Source: an uncultured Eubacteriales bacterium
Lineage (GTDB): Bacteria; Bacillota; Clostridia; Christensenellales; CAG-138
Direction: 5' to 3'
Assembly (NCBI GenBank): GCA_900540495.1
Contig: UQGA01000007.1
Coordinates: forward strand, 1,662 to 65,661
DNA: 64,000 nt
Both the position numbers and the translations under genes were made by a program. The notes beneath the pieces were generated by a model that saw only the letters and a list, made by a program, of their open reading frames with translations, had not been told where the DNA came from and made no database searches. This document shows positions 17,382 through 26,528 of this stretch, piece by piece; the first letter of the stretch is position 1, and each line of letters begins with the position of its first letter.

Positions 17382-17490
17382 GAAGTCACAATTCATTAAC
17401 AAATAGCCGCCCCGCATCGTGTTATAATACTGGATAAGATTTCGAGCATGCGCCAAGGGTTTGACGCGCCCGTTTGGAGGTAGTTTGGCA

Positions 17491-19299
17491 ATGGCAACGC
17501 AAAAGCGGAGAAGAAGGAAACGCATACGCATTCAGCCGCGGTTTATCATCGTGCTGCTGCTGTTTTTGGTGGTCGTTGTGCTCGCCGTGTTTGCCGTCAA
17601 GGGGCTTACGGGCAATCCGCCGGAGCAGCAGGATGCGGACAATTCCGGTTCGGGCGGTTTTCTGTCCGGTCTGTTCGCCACGCCAACGCCGGAGCCCACG
17701 GCCGAGCCGACGCCGGAACCGACGCCGGAGCCGACGCCGCGCTTTGATACGCCGCATGCCGTGGACAGCTCCAACCCCGCCAACTGGGGGTATACGACCG
17801 CCGTTGAGGTCAACGGCACGGTCGTGGATTCCTATACCCGCGAGGAGCCGATTGATTTCGATTATGATACGCCCTATACCACCGTCAATGGCATTGTGAC
17901 CTTCCGCGGCGACAACTACCGCAGCGGCGCCGCGTACGGCACGGCCACCATCTCCACCAAGCAGTTGAGCCAGCTGTGGAGCTTTGACATCGGGCAGATG
18001 GCCAAGCCCGGCGGCAGCGGCAACTGGTCCGGCAGCGGCTGGGTCGGTCAGCCGCTCGTGGTCTGCTGGCCGCAGAGCACCAAGCAGATCATGAACATGT
18101 ACGACTGGGCCAAACAGAAGGAGAACCTCGTCGAGGGGATTCTTGCGTGTCTGGACGGCAAGGTGTACTTCTTTGATATCGAGACCGGCGAGGCGACCCG
18201 CCCCGTGCTGGACATCGGCATCCCGTTCAAGGGCGCAGGCGCGCTTGATCCGCGCGGCTACCCGATCCTGTATCTGGGTTCCGGCGACAACTATCCCGAG
18301 GATTCGTCCAAGACCGTGCGCGCCGTCGTGTATAGCCTGGTGGATTTCAGTTGCCTGTACACGTTCGGGTCGTACAAGGACGGCTTTGCCATCCGCGACT
18401 GGCACGCCTATGACAGCTCGCCGCTCGTGGACGCCGAGACGGATACCCTGATCTATCCGGGCGAGAACGCGATCCTCTACACGATCAAGCTCAACACGCA
18501 GTACGACGAGCAGGCGGGCACGTTGACCATGAACCCGTCCGACGTGGTGAAGTTCCGGTATAACACGAACCGCAGCTCGGTGGGCAGCACATCCGCCGAA
18601 AAGTACTGGATGGGCTATGAGGACAGCGTGGTGGTCTGGGGCGGCTATGCCTATCTGGCCACGAATGATGGCTTTGTCCAGTGCATTGACCTCAATACGA
18701 TGCAACTGATCTGGGCGCAGGATGTGCTTGACGATACGAACGCCTCCATCGTGCTCGAAGAGGATGAGGCCAACCGTACGGCGTACCTGTACGTGGGCAC
18801 CTCGCTGCACTTTACGGCCAACGCCGATATGCAGGGCGTCACGCCGCTGTTCAAGATCAATGCCGTTACGGGCGAGATCGTGTGGCGGTTCGACATGAAC
18901 GTATACACGGTTTCCGGCGTGTCCGGCGGCATCCAGGCGACGGCCGTCGTCGGCAAAGACAGCATCTCCGATCTGGTGATCGTGCCGTTTGCGCGCACGC
19001 CGGATCGGGATCACGGCTATCTCATGGCCATCGACAAGAACACCGGCACGGAGCGCTGGCGCTTTGCGACGGACGGCTATTCCTGGAGTTCGCCCGTTGC
19101 GGTGTACGACGCTTCGGGCAATGCGTACATCGTTTCCTGCGACAGCCTCGGCAAGGTCTATCTGCTGGACGGCAAGTCCGGCACACTGCTCTCCAAGTTC
19201 GATGCGGAGCGCAACATCGAGGCGTCGCCGGTCGTTTATGGCAATACGATCGTCGTGGGCACACGCGGGATGAAGGTGTTCGGCATCAAGATCTCGTAA
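17491..19299 (+). CDS. Membrane-anchored PQQ-like beta-propeller repeat protein (paralogue 1)
   Basis: Arg-rich N-terminus plus a TM anchor, a P/T/E linker, then repeated beta-propeller blades (e.g. DGKVYFFDIETGE, GFVQCIDLNTMQLIW, GKVYLLDGKSGTLL). Confidence 0.7.
   Translation: MATQKRRRRKRIRIQPRFIIVLLLFLVVVVLAVFAVKGLTGNPPEQQDADNSGSGGFLSGLFATPTPEPTAEPTPEPTPEPTPRFDTPHAVDSSNPANWGYTTAVEVNGTVVDSYTREEPIDFDYDTPYTTVNGIVTFRGDNYRSGAAYGTATISTKQLSQLWSFDIGQMAKPGGSGNWSGSGWVGQPLVVCWPQSTKQIMNMYDWAKQKENLVEGILACLDGKVYFFDIETGEATRPVLDIGIPFKGAGALDPRGYPILYLGSGDNYPEDSSKTVRAVVYSLVDFSCLYTFGSYKDGFAIRDWHAYDSSPLVDAETDTLIYPGENAILYTIKLNTQYDEQAGTLTMNPSDVVKFRYNTNRSSVGSTSAEKYWMGYEDSVVVWGGYAYLATNDGFVQCIDLNTMQLIWAQDVLDDTNASIVLEEDEANRTAYLYVGTSLHFTANADMQGVTPLFKINAVTGEIVWRFDMNVYTVSGVSGGIQATAVVGKDSISDLVIVPFARTPDRDHGYLMAIDKNTGTERWRFATDGYSWSSPVAVYDASGNAYIVSCDSLGKVYLLDGKSGTLLSKFDAERNIEASPVVYGNTIVVGTRGMKVFGIKIS
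17681..17740 (+). repeat. Short in-frame PT/PE-encoding repeats (linker)
   Basis: Iterated gccgagccgacgccggaaccgacgccggagccgacgccg, encoding TPTPEPTAEPTPEPTPEPTP. Confidence 0.8.
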
Positions 19300-19311
19300 G
19301 GAGCGGTTTTC

Positions 19312-21144
19312 ATGGCGCGCAGGCGGATGCAACCGAGGTTTTTTCTCTTCCTCTTCTCACTGGTGGGGATTGGGGCTGGGGTTTTTCTGCTCGTGCAGGC
19401 GTTTGTCACGCGCCCCAAGGAGGCGACGGCGGACGGGTCGCCCTCGCCGAGCGCGCCGCAGGTCACAAGCGCGGCGGTCGCCACGCCGGCGCCCGCGCTG
19501 CCGGACAACCTGACCGTTGTCCGCAGCGACGAAGCCGATCCGGCGCTCTATGGGTTTTCCACGCGGCTCATGGTCAATGGCGGCGAGACCAACAGCTATT
19601 CCCGGGCTGAGCCCGTTTCGTTCGGCCGCGACAGCGAGTATTCCTCCGTGGCCGGCGTGCTGACCTTTGGCGGCAACAACTACCGCAACACCTTTTCCTA
19701 TGGCACGGTATCCGTCAGCGAGCGCAAGCTGTATCGCAGCTGGGAGGCGCGCATCGGCCAGATCGACAGTTGGACGGGTACCGGCTGGACGGGCCAGCCG
19801 CTGATCGTACAGTGGCCGGATGAGGTGCGCGCCGTGCTGGGCGTATCGGACACCTATCGAAACAAGGAAGGCTTTACCGAGGTCATCTATCCGACGATGG
19901 ACGGCAACATCTACTTCTTTGACCTCGAAACCGGCAACGCCACGCGCGACCCGATCAATGCCGGGGTCGTCATGAAGGGCACCGCCTGCCTCGACCCGAA
20001 CGGTTATCCGCTGCTGTACGTGGGCCAGGGGATCGAACAGGACAACGAAAACGGTCTGAACGTCGCATATGTGCGCGTCTATTCGCTCATCACCAACGAG
20101 GAGATCAACCGCTTTGGCGGACATGATTATTTCAGCGAGCGCGACTGGCAGGCGTACGACGGCAGCCCGATCATAGCGGACGATACGATCTTTTTCGCCG
20201 GGGAAAACGGCGTGCTGTATTCCTGCAAGCTCAACACCGTCTTCGACGCTGCGGCCGGCACCGTTTCGATCAATCCGGAGCGGCTCGTCAAATACCGGTA
20301 TACGGGCGCCGGTTATTCCAAGTACAACGTATCGGATCAGCGCTGGTACGGGGTGGAAAGCTCCGTGGCGGCGTTCCGCAACTATCTCTATTTTACCGAC
20401 AACGGCGGACGCCTGCAGTGTGTGGACGCGAATACCTACGAGCTGTTGTTCGTTGCGGATGTGGGGGACGATGCGGACGCCTCCGTCGTCATTGAGGAGA
20501 GCTACGAGGACAATACGATCTATCTGTACACCGCCGGGCAGGTCAGCCGTTCCGATGCGGCGCTGGGCGAGGGATACGGCTACTCGTATCACAAGAAGAT
20601 CAACGGGTTGACCGGCGCCGTTGTCTGGGAGCAGCGGTGGATTGCCTCCACAGGCGATGAGAACAACAGCGGCGGCACGCTTGCCACGCCGCACGTGGGG
20701 CGGGGCGACATCTCCAACCTTGTGATCTACTCCATGAACCTGACCGCCGTGAACAGGGAGAACGACGCCGGTTCGGATGGGGTTGCGGAAGGAGAAGAAG
20801 ATCGGACGGCGGGCGGCGCCTACACGCTCGGCGGGCGCATCGTCGCCTATGACCGGAAGACCGGCTCGATCGTCTGGACGATCGAGCAGGCCGGCGCCGG
20901 AGATTACTGGTCGTCGCCGGTGGTCGTATATGACGAAAACGGAAAGGGATATCTGATCCAGTGCGACCGGGCGGGTGCCGTCAACCTGTACGACGCGAGC
21001 ACTTCCGCCCTGCTGTATTCGCTCGACCTCGGCTCCCGCATTGACTCAACGCCGGCCGTGTTCAACAACTATCTGATCGTAGGCACGCGCGGAAAGGGCG
21101 GCGGTGGCGAGAACCAGAAGATCATCTGCGTGAAGATCGCATAG
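19312..21144 (+). CDS. Membrane-anchored PQQ-like beta-propeller repeat protein (paralogue 2)
   Basis: Same architecture as the upstream gene and alignable by eye (DGNIYFFDLETGN, GRLQCVDANTYELLF, GAVNLYDASTSALL). Lies 12 nt downstream of paralogue 1 with its own GGAG RBS. Confidence 0.7.
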   Translation: MARRRMQPRFFLFLFSLVGIGAGVFLLVQAFVTRPKEATADGSPSPSAPQVTSAAVATPAPALPDNLTVVRSDEADPALYGFSTRLMVNGGETNSYSRAEPVSFGRDSEYSSVAGVLTFGGNNYRNTFSYGTVSVSERKLYRSWEARIGQIDSWTGTGWTGQPLIVQWPDEVRAVLGVSDTYRNKEGFTEVIYPTMDGNIYFFDLETGNATRDPINAGVVMKGTACLDPNGYPLLYVGQGIEQDNENGLNVAYVRVYSLITNEEINRFGGHDYFSERDWQAYDGSPIIADDTIFFAGENGVLYSCKLNTVFDAAAGTVSINPERLVKYRYTGAGYSKYNVSDQRWYGVESSVAAFRNYLYFTDNGGRLQCVDANTYELLFVADVGDDADASVVIEESYEDNTIYLYTAGQVSRSDAALGEGYGYSYHKKINGLTGAVVWEQRWIASTGDENNSGGTLATPHVGRGDISNLVIYSMNLTAVNRENDAGSDGVAEGEEDRTAGGAYTLGGRIVAYDRKTGSIVWTIEQAGAGDYWSSPVVVYDENGKGYLIQCDRAGAVNLYDASTSALLYSLDLGSRIDSTPAVFNNYLIVGTRGKGGGGENQKIICVKIA

Positions 21145-21160
21145 GAGGTTGAGGTACGGC

Positions 21161-21976
21161 ATGGAAACGTTTTGGAAAGAAGCCGGCGATACGCTCCTGC
21201 GCGTGGGTGTGCGCGTGCTTGCGGGCGGGCTGCTGCTGTTCATCGGTTTTCGCATTGCGCGCTGGCTGACCAGGAGCATACAGAAAAAGCACGTTACCAG
21301 GAAGGGCGCCGATCCGCTCACGCCCACCATGCGTTCTTTTCTGGCCAGTGCCGTCGGTATCGCGCTGCGCGCAGGGGTCGTCATCGTGTTCATCATCATC
21401 ATGGGCGCGAACACCTCGTCCGTCGTTGCAATGCTCAGCTCTGCGGCGCTTGCCATCGGCCTTGCGCTGCAAAACAGTTTTTCCAATCTCGCCGGCGGGT
21501 TGCTGATCATTTTGTTTAAGCCGTTTGCCATCGGGGATTACATCACCGTGGGCGGCGAGTCCGGCACCGTCCGCAATATCAACATCTATTTTACGCATAT
21601 CATCACGCCGGACAACCGCACCGTCGTGCTGCCAAACGGCGTCGTTTCCAATGCGGTCATGGTCAACGCATCCACGGAGGAGACCCGCCGCGTGGAAATC
21701 GTGCTGCCGGTCGCCTATGCGGCGGACGCCCGGCGCGTATGCGCGCTGCTCGAGCAGGCCGCAGCGGCGGACGGGCGCGTGCTTGCCGATCCGAAACCGC
21801 AGGCGGCGCTGACCGATCTGACCGGCGGGGTGCAGACGTATACGGTCTGGGCCTGGTGCGCCCGCACGGATTATCTCGACGTAACATATGAATTGCGCGC
21901 GCACGCCAAGGAGGTGCTCGAGCAGGAGGGGATTTCCCTTGCGCGGGCGAGGTTCGACGTGGCGCTGCACGATTAA
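21161..21976 (+). CDS. MscS-family mechanosensitive channel
   Basis: Three TM helices plus the MscS beta-domain signature LLIILFKPFAIGDYITVGGESGTVRNINIYFTHIITPDNRTVVLPN. The AGGAGG RBS overlaps the stop of the preceding gene. Confidence 0.85.
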   Translation: METFWKEAGDTLLRVGVRVLAGGLLLFIGFRIARWLTRSIQKKHVTRKGADPLTPTMRSFLASAVGIALRAGVVIVFIIIMGANTSSVVAMLSSAALAIGLALQNSFSNLAGGLLIILFKPFAIGDYITVGGESGTVRNINIYFTHIITPDNRTVVLPNGVVSNAVMVNASTEETRRVEIVLPVAYAADARRVCALLEQAAAADGRVLADPKPQAALTDLTGGVQTYTVWAWCARTDYLDVTYELRAHAKEVLEQEGISLARARFDVALHD

Positions 21977-21991
21977 AACGGCTGCCCGTTT

Positions 21992-22023
21992 GCCGCGCGG
22001 CCGCTTGCCGCGCGGCCTTTTTA
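21992..22023 (+). terminator. Rho-independent terminator after the MscS gene
   Basis: Two copies of the self-complementary gccgcgcggc form a 10-bp stem (loop cgctt) followed by cttttt. Confidence 0.65.
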
Positions 22024-22052
22024 TGGTCTGCGCGTCCTGCCGAAAAGTGAGA

Positions 22053-22081
22053 TTGACGCTTTGTGGCAAGCGTGCTAAAAT
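22053..22081 (+). promoter_or_regulatory. Sigma-A promoter for the aminotransferase gene
   Basis: TTGACG-17 nt-TAAAAT. Confidence 0.55.
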
Positions 22082-22113
22082 AAATGAAATTGTTTTTGGA
22101 AGGAGCGGAACCC

Positions 22114-23286
22114 ATGGATTACGAAAGCAAGATCGCAACCGTCGTTCGGGAAATTCCGCCCTCCGGTATTCGGAAGTACTTCGACTTGCTGGATGATTCC
22201 TACATCAGTCTCGGAGTTGGCGAGCCAGATTTTCCGACGCCGGAGCGGATCCGGCGAGCTGCCATCGAGAAGATCAAGGGCAGGATTGCGTATACCTCCA
22301 ATTCCGGCGACCCGCATCTGCGGGAACTGATCCTCCGTTATCTGGACGAGCGCTTCGGCATTTCCGGCTATGAGGGAATCGACAACGTGCTCATCACCGT
22401 CGGCGCGAGCCAGGCCATTGACCTTGCCATGCGCGCCATTTTGAACCCGGGCGACGAGGTTATCGTCCACACGCCCGCCTATGTGTCGTACCTGCCGGCC
22501 GTGCAGCTGGCGGGCGGCACACCGGTGCTCGTGCCCACGTATGCCGAGGATCGGTTTCGCCTGCGGGCGGAGGTGCTGCGCGCCGCCATCACGCCGCGGA
22601 CCAAGGCGGTGTTGCTGGCATTCCCGACGAATCCGACCGGCGCGATCATGGAGCGCGAGGACCTCGAGGCCATTGCGGATGTGCTGCACGGCACGGATAT
22701 CATCGCCGTGACAGATGAGATCTACGGCGAGCTGACTTTTAACGGCCGCGGCCCCATTTCGCTGGCAACGCTGCCGGGTATGCGCGAGCGCACCATTGTG
22801 CTCAACGGATTCTCCAAATCGTTTTCCATGACCGGCTGGCGGCTCGGCTATGCGGCAGGTCCGCTGCCGTTCATCGATGCCATGCGCAAGATCCATCAGC
22901 TCACCATGCTCTGCGCCCCCACTCCGGCGCAATACGCCGGCGTCGCCGCGCTGGAACAGGGCTTTGCCGATGGGTTTGTCGATATGCATCGCATGCTCGA
23001 CGAGTATGCAGCGCGCCGGCGCGTCATTATCGACGGGTTCAATGCGCTCGGCCTCACCTGCAATGAGCCGGAGGGCGCGTTCTATGTGTTCCCGTCCATT
23101 GCCAGTACGGGCCTGGACAGCGAGACTTTCTGCGACCGCCTGCTGGAGCAGCAGCGCGTCGCCACGGTGCCCGGCAGCGCGTTCGGCGAGGCGGGTGAAG
23201 GACATATCCGATGCTGCTACGCCACCTCGATGCAGGGCATTGAGACGGCGCTCGACCGGATTGGAATGTTCCTGCGCTCGCTTTGA
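22114..23286 (+). CDS. PLP-dependent aminotransferase, class I/II
   Basis: Lys-containing motif NGFSKSFSMTGWRLGY, GVGEPDF near the N-terminus, and RCCYA near the C-terminus. Confidence 0.85.
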   Translation: MDYESKIATVVREIPPSGIRKYFDLLDDSYISLGVGEPDFPTPERIRRAAIEKIKGRIAYTSNSGDPHLRELILRYLDERFGISGYEGIDNVLITVGASQAIDLAMRAILNPGDEVIVHTPAYVSYLPAVQLAGGTPVLVPTYAEDRFRLRAEVLRAAITPRTKAVLLAFPTNPTGAIMEREDLEAIADVLHGTDIIAVTDEIYGELTFNGRGPISLATLPGMRERTIVLNGFSKSFSMTGWRLGYAAGPLPFIDAMRKIHQLTMLCAPTPAQYAGVAALEQGFADGFVDMHRMLDEYAARRRVIIDGFNALGLTCNEPEGAFYVFPSIASTGLDSETFCDRLLEQQRVATVPGSAFGEAGEGHIRCCYATSMQGIETALDRIGMFLRSL

Positions 23287-23302
23287 ACCGCTTGCATCTG
23301 CC

Positions 23303-23343
23303 GGCTCCCGCCCAATCGTTGGGCGGGAGCCGCGCGTTTGTTA
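23303..23343 (+). terminator. Rho-independent terminator after the aminotransferase gene
   Basis: ggctcccgccc-aatcgtt-gggcgggagcc followed by a T-rich tail. Confidence 0.6.
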
Positions 23344-23397
23344 TGCCTGGACGATTTCGCCACAGACCGCGGCGCGCCGCGGGAAACGGAGGTTATC

Positions 23398-25743
23398 ATG
23401 AACAGCCGCGTGCTCCACGTGCTCGAATACGATAAGATCTGCGATCTGCTGCGCACGCATCTTTCGTCCGACGTCGGGCGGGAGATGTCGCTTTCGCTTG
23501 CGCCGGCCTCTACGCTCGAGGAGGCGGAGCGCTTGCTGCAACAGACGGAGGAGGCGGACGCGATCTACCGGCGCACCGGGCGCACGGTCGTGGAGGCCTT
23601 CCCGGACATTCGCAACATGCTCGCGCGCATCCACGCGGCGCATGCGCTTACCGCCGGCGAGCTGCTCGATGCGGCGCAGTGCCTGCGCGCTTCGCGCAAC
23701 GCGCGCGAAACGCTGCATGCGGGGGAAACACCCGGCCTGCTTGCCACGATGGCCAACCGCCTGTCCTCACACCGTTCCATCGAGGAGGAGATCCGGCGTT
23801 GTATCCTTGCCGAGGACGAGATTGCGGATAACGCCTCCCCCGAGCTCATGCGCCTGCGCCGCCAGATCCGCCTGACCAACGAGCGCATGCGCGAGAAGCT
23901 GAACGCAATGATCAAAAGCCCCGCCTACCAGAAGTACCTGCAGGAGCCGATTATCACCGTGCGCAACGGGCGTCTGGCGCTGCCGGTCAAGGCGGAACAC
24001 CGCGCACAGGTGTCCGGGCTCGTACACGACCAGAGCGGCAGCGGCGCGACGCTGTTCATCGAGCCGGCGGCGGCGGTGGAGCTCGGCAACGAGATGCGGC
24101 GCCTGCAGGCGGAGGAACGGGTGGAGATCGGGCGTATTCTCGCGGGTTTGACGGCGCTGCTGGACCCCATTGCCGACGAGCTGCACGCGAGTCTCAACAT
24201 CCTCGGCACGCTTGACGTAATCTTCGCCAAGGCCGTCCTCGCACGCGACCAGCGCGCCGTGCGCCCCAAGCTCAACGACGGGATGCACCTGCGCATCGTC
24301 GCCGGACGGCATCCCCTGTTGCCGCGGGATACGGTCGTGCCGGTGGACGTATGGCTGGGGACGGATTTTCGCACGTTGATCATCACCGGCCCGAATACGG
24401 GCGGCAAGACCGTGACGCTCAAGACCGTTGGCCTGCTTACGCTCATGGCCATGTCCGGTCTGTTTGTACCGGCCGATGCGCGCACGGAGCTGCCCGTCTG
24501 CACGGAGGTGTTCGCCGATATCGGGGATGAGCAGTCCATCGAACAGTCGTTGTCCACGTTTTCCTCGCACATGACCAATACCGTGTCCATCCTGCGGGAG
24601 GCGGGGCCCGGTTGCCTCGTGCTGCTCGACGAGCTGGGGGCGGGTACGGACCCCGTGGAGGGCGCCGCGCTGGCCCAGGCCATTCTGGAGGCGCTGTACG
24701 GCAGCGGCGCGCTGACCATGGCGACGACGCACTACAGCGAGATCAAGGCGTTTGCGCTGACCCGCCCCGGCATGCAAAACGCGTCGATGGAATTCGACGT
24801 GGACCGGCTTTCGCCCACATACCGCCTGTTCATCGGCATTCCCGGCAAGTCCAACGCCTTTGAGATATCCGAGCGCCTGGGCCTCGATCCTGCCGTGATC
24901 GAGCGGGCGCGGCAGTTCCTGCAACAGCGGGACGTGGCGTTTGAGGATGTGCTCTCCGGGGCGGAGGCGGCCCGGCGCGAGGCGGAGAGCGCGGCCGCCC
25001 AGGCGGCGGAGGACCGCCGCGCGGCGCAGCAGGCGCGTGAACGGGCGGAGGAGCAGCAGGCCAGGCTGGAGGCGGAGCGCGCGCAGCTGCGCCAGAAGGC
25101 GCGCGAGGATGCCCGGCGCGTCGTGCAGGACGCACGGCGCGACATGGAGCAGATCATCGCCAATTTGCGCGCATCGGGGGAAGGCGCTGCGCTGGAACGC
25201 GCCATACAGCAGGCGCGGGACGCCATGCGCGCAAGCGAAACCCGTCTGCTCGACGGCGCGAAAGCGGCCGCCGCAGACCCGGGCGAACCGCCGGCGACCG
25301 TCCGGCCGGGCGATGCGGTACACGTGTTGTCGGTGGACCGCGATGCGACCGTGCTCAAGGCGCCGGACGCGCGGGGGGACGTGCTCGTGCAGGCGGGAGC
25401 AATTCGTCTGACCGTCAAGCTGACTGAGCTTCGTCCGGTGCAGCGCAAGCCGGAACATCCCAGGGCTGCCGTGCGGCGCACGCTGTCCGAGCCGGAGCGC
25501 AGCTTTCTTTCGCTTGACCTTCGCGGCAAGACGGTGGACGAGGCGACGATCGAGATTGACCGCTTTATCGACGACGCGGTGCTCACCGGCGTCAGGGAGT
25601 TTTCCATCATCCACGGGAAGGGGACCGGCGCTCTGCGCACCGGCGTGCAGGCGTATCTGCGGTCGCACCCGCAGGTCAAGACCTTCCGGATCGGCGCATA
25701 TGGCGAGGGAGACGCCGGCGTGACCGTGGTTACGCTCAAATAG
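23398..25743 (+). CDS. mutS2: Endonuclease MutS2
   Basis: Walker A GPNTGGKTV, a MutS domain V, a long coiled-coil and a C-terminal Smr domain (LDLRGKTVDEA...IIHGKGTGALR). Confidence 0.9.
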   Translation: MNSRVLHVLEYDKICDLLRTHLSSDVGREMSLSLAPASTLEEAERLLQQTEEADAIYRRTGRTVVEAFPDIRNMLARIHAAHALTAGELLDAAQCLRASRNARETLHAGETPGLLATMANRLSSHRSIEEEIRRCILAEDEIADNASPELMRLRRQIRLTNERMREKLNAMIKSPAYQKYLQEPIITVRNGRLALPVKAEHRAQVSGLVHDQSGSGATLFIEPAAAVELGNEMRRLQAEERVEIGRILAGLTALLDPIADELHASLNILGTLDVIFAKAVLARDQRAVRPKLNDGMHLRIVAGRHPLLPRDTVVPVDVWLGTDFRTLIITGPNTGGKTVTLKTVGLLTLMAMSGLFVPADARTELPVCTEVFADIGDEQSIEQSLSTFSSHMTNTVSILREAGPGCLVLLDELGAGTDPVEGAALAQAILEALYGSGALTMATTHYSEIKAFALTRPGMQNASMEFDVDRLSPTYRLFIGIPGKSNAFEISERLGLDPAVIERARQFLQQRDVAFEDVLSGAEAARREAESAAAQAAEDRRAAQQARERAEEQQARLEAERAQLRQKAREDARRVVQDARRDMEQIIANLRASGEGAALERAIQQARDAMRASETRLLDGAKAAAADPGEPPATVRPGDAVHVLSVDRDATVLKAPDARGDVLVQAGAIRLTVKLTELRPVQRKPEHPRAAVRRTLSEPERSFLSLDLRGKTVDEATIEIDRFIDDAVLTGVREFSIIHGKGTGALRTGVQAYLRSHPQVKTFRIGAYGEGDAGVTVVTLK

Positions 25744-25750
25744 CGGGAAA

Positions 25751-25780
25751 TTGGACAAATTCTGGACGGTATGGTATAAT
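25751..25780 (+). promoter_or_regulatory. Sigma-A promoter for TCS-3
   Basis: TTGGAC-18 nt-TGgTATAAT. Confidence 0.55.
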
Positions 25781-25835
25781 GCCGCCATAAAGTGGGCTTC
25801 TTATGCGGAGCCGCATATATCAGGAGGGGTCCTGC

Positions 25836-26513
25836 ATGGAGAACAATACCATTCTGGTTATTGACGACGACCGCAATATCCTCGCCATCATTGAGCTCTA
25901 TCTCAAGAAGGCGGGTTTTCAGGTCGTAACCTGTGCCGACGGCGCAATGGCGCTTGCCGCTTTCCATGAAACGCGGCCTGCGCTCGTCGTACTGGACGTG
26001 ATGCTGCCGGGCCGGGACGGCTGGGCCGTGCTGCACGATATTCGTATGGAGGGCGAGACTCCCGTCATCATGCTTACCGCCAAGGGCGATACGGGGGACC
26101 GCGTCCAGGGTCTGGAACTCGGGGCGGACGACTACATCTCCAAGCCCTTTGACGCCAAGGAACTCATCGCCCGCATCAAGGCGGTGCTGCGGCGCAGCGC
26201 GCCGGTGGAACCGGAGCGCACCATCCAGCTCGACGGTCTGTCGGTTTCGCTCGAGAACTATGCGGTTGTGCTCGACGGACGGCCGCTCGAAATGCCGCCC
26301 AAGGAGATCGAACTGCTGTACTTTCTCGCTTCCCATTCCGGCAAGGTGTTCACGCGCGAGCAACTGCTCGAGCAGGTATGGGGATTCGACTTTTTCGGGG
26401 ATTCCCGCACGGTGGACGTCCATGTCAAGCGCATCCGCGAAAAACTGGGCGACAGCCATCCGTGGCAGCTTAAGACCGTATGGGGCGTCGGCTACAAGTT
26501 TGAGCAGCAATAA
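25836..26513 (+). CDS. OmpR-family response regulator (TCS-3)
   Basis: Receiver plus winged-helix motifs (ILVIDDD, DVMLPGRDG, LTAKG, TVDVHVKRIREKL, GVGYKF). Confidence 0.9.
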   Translation: MENNTILVIDDDRNILAIIELYLKKAGFQVVTCADGAMALAAFHETRPALVVLDVMLPGRDGWAVLHDIRMEGETPVIMLTAKGDTGDRVQGLELGADDYISKPFDAKELIARIKAVLRRSAPVEPERTIQLDGLSVSLENYAVVLDGRPLEMPPKEIELLYFLASHSGKVFTREQLLEQVWGFDFFGDSRTVDVHVKRIREKLGDSHPWQLKTVWGVGYKFEQQ

Positions 26514-26528
26514 GCGAGCAGAGGGGAC

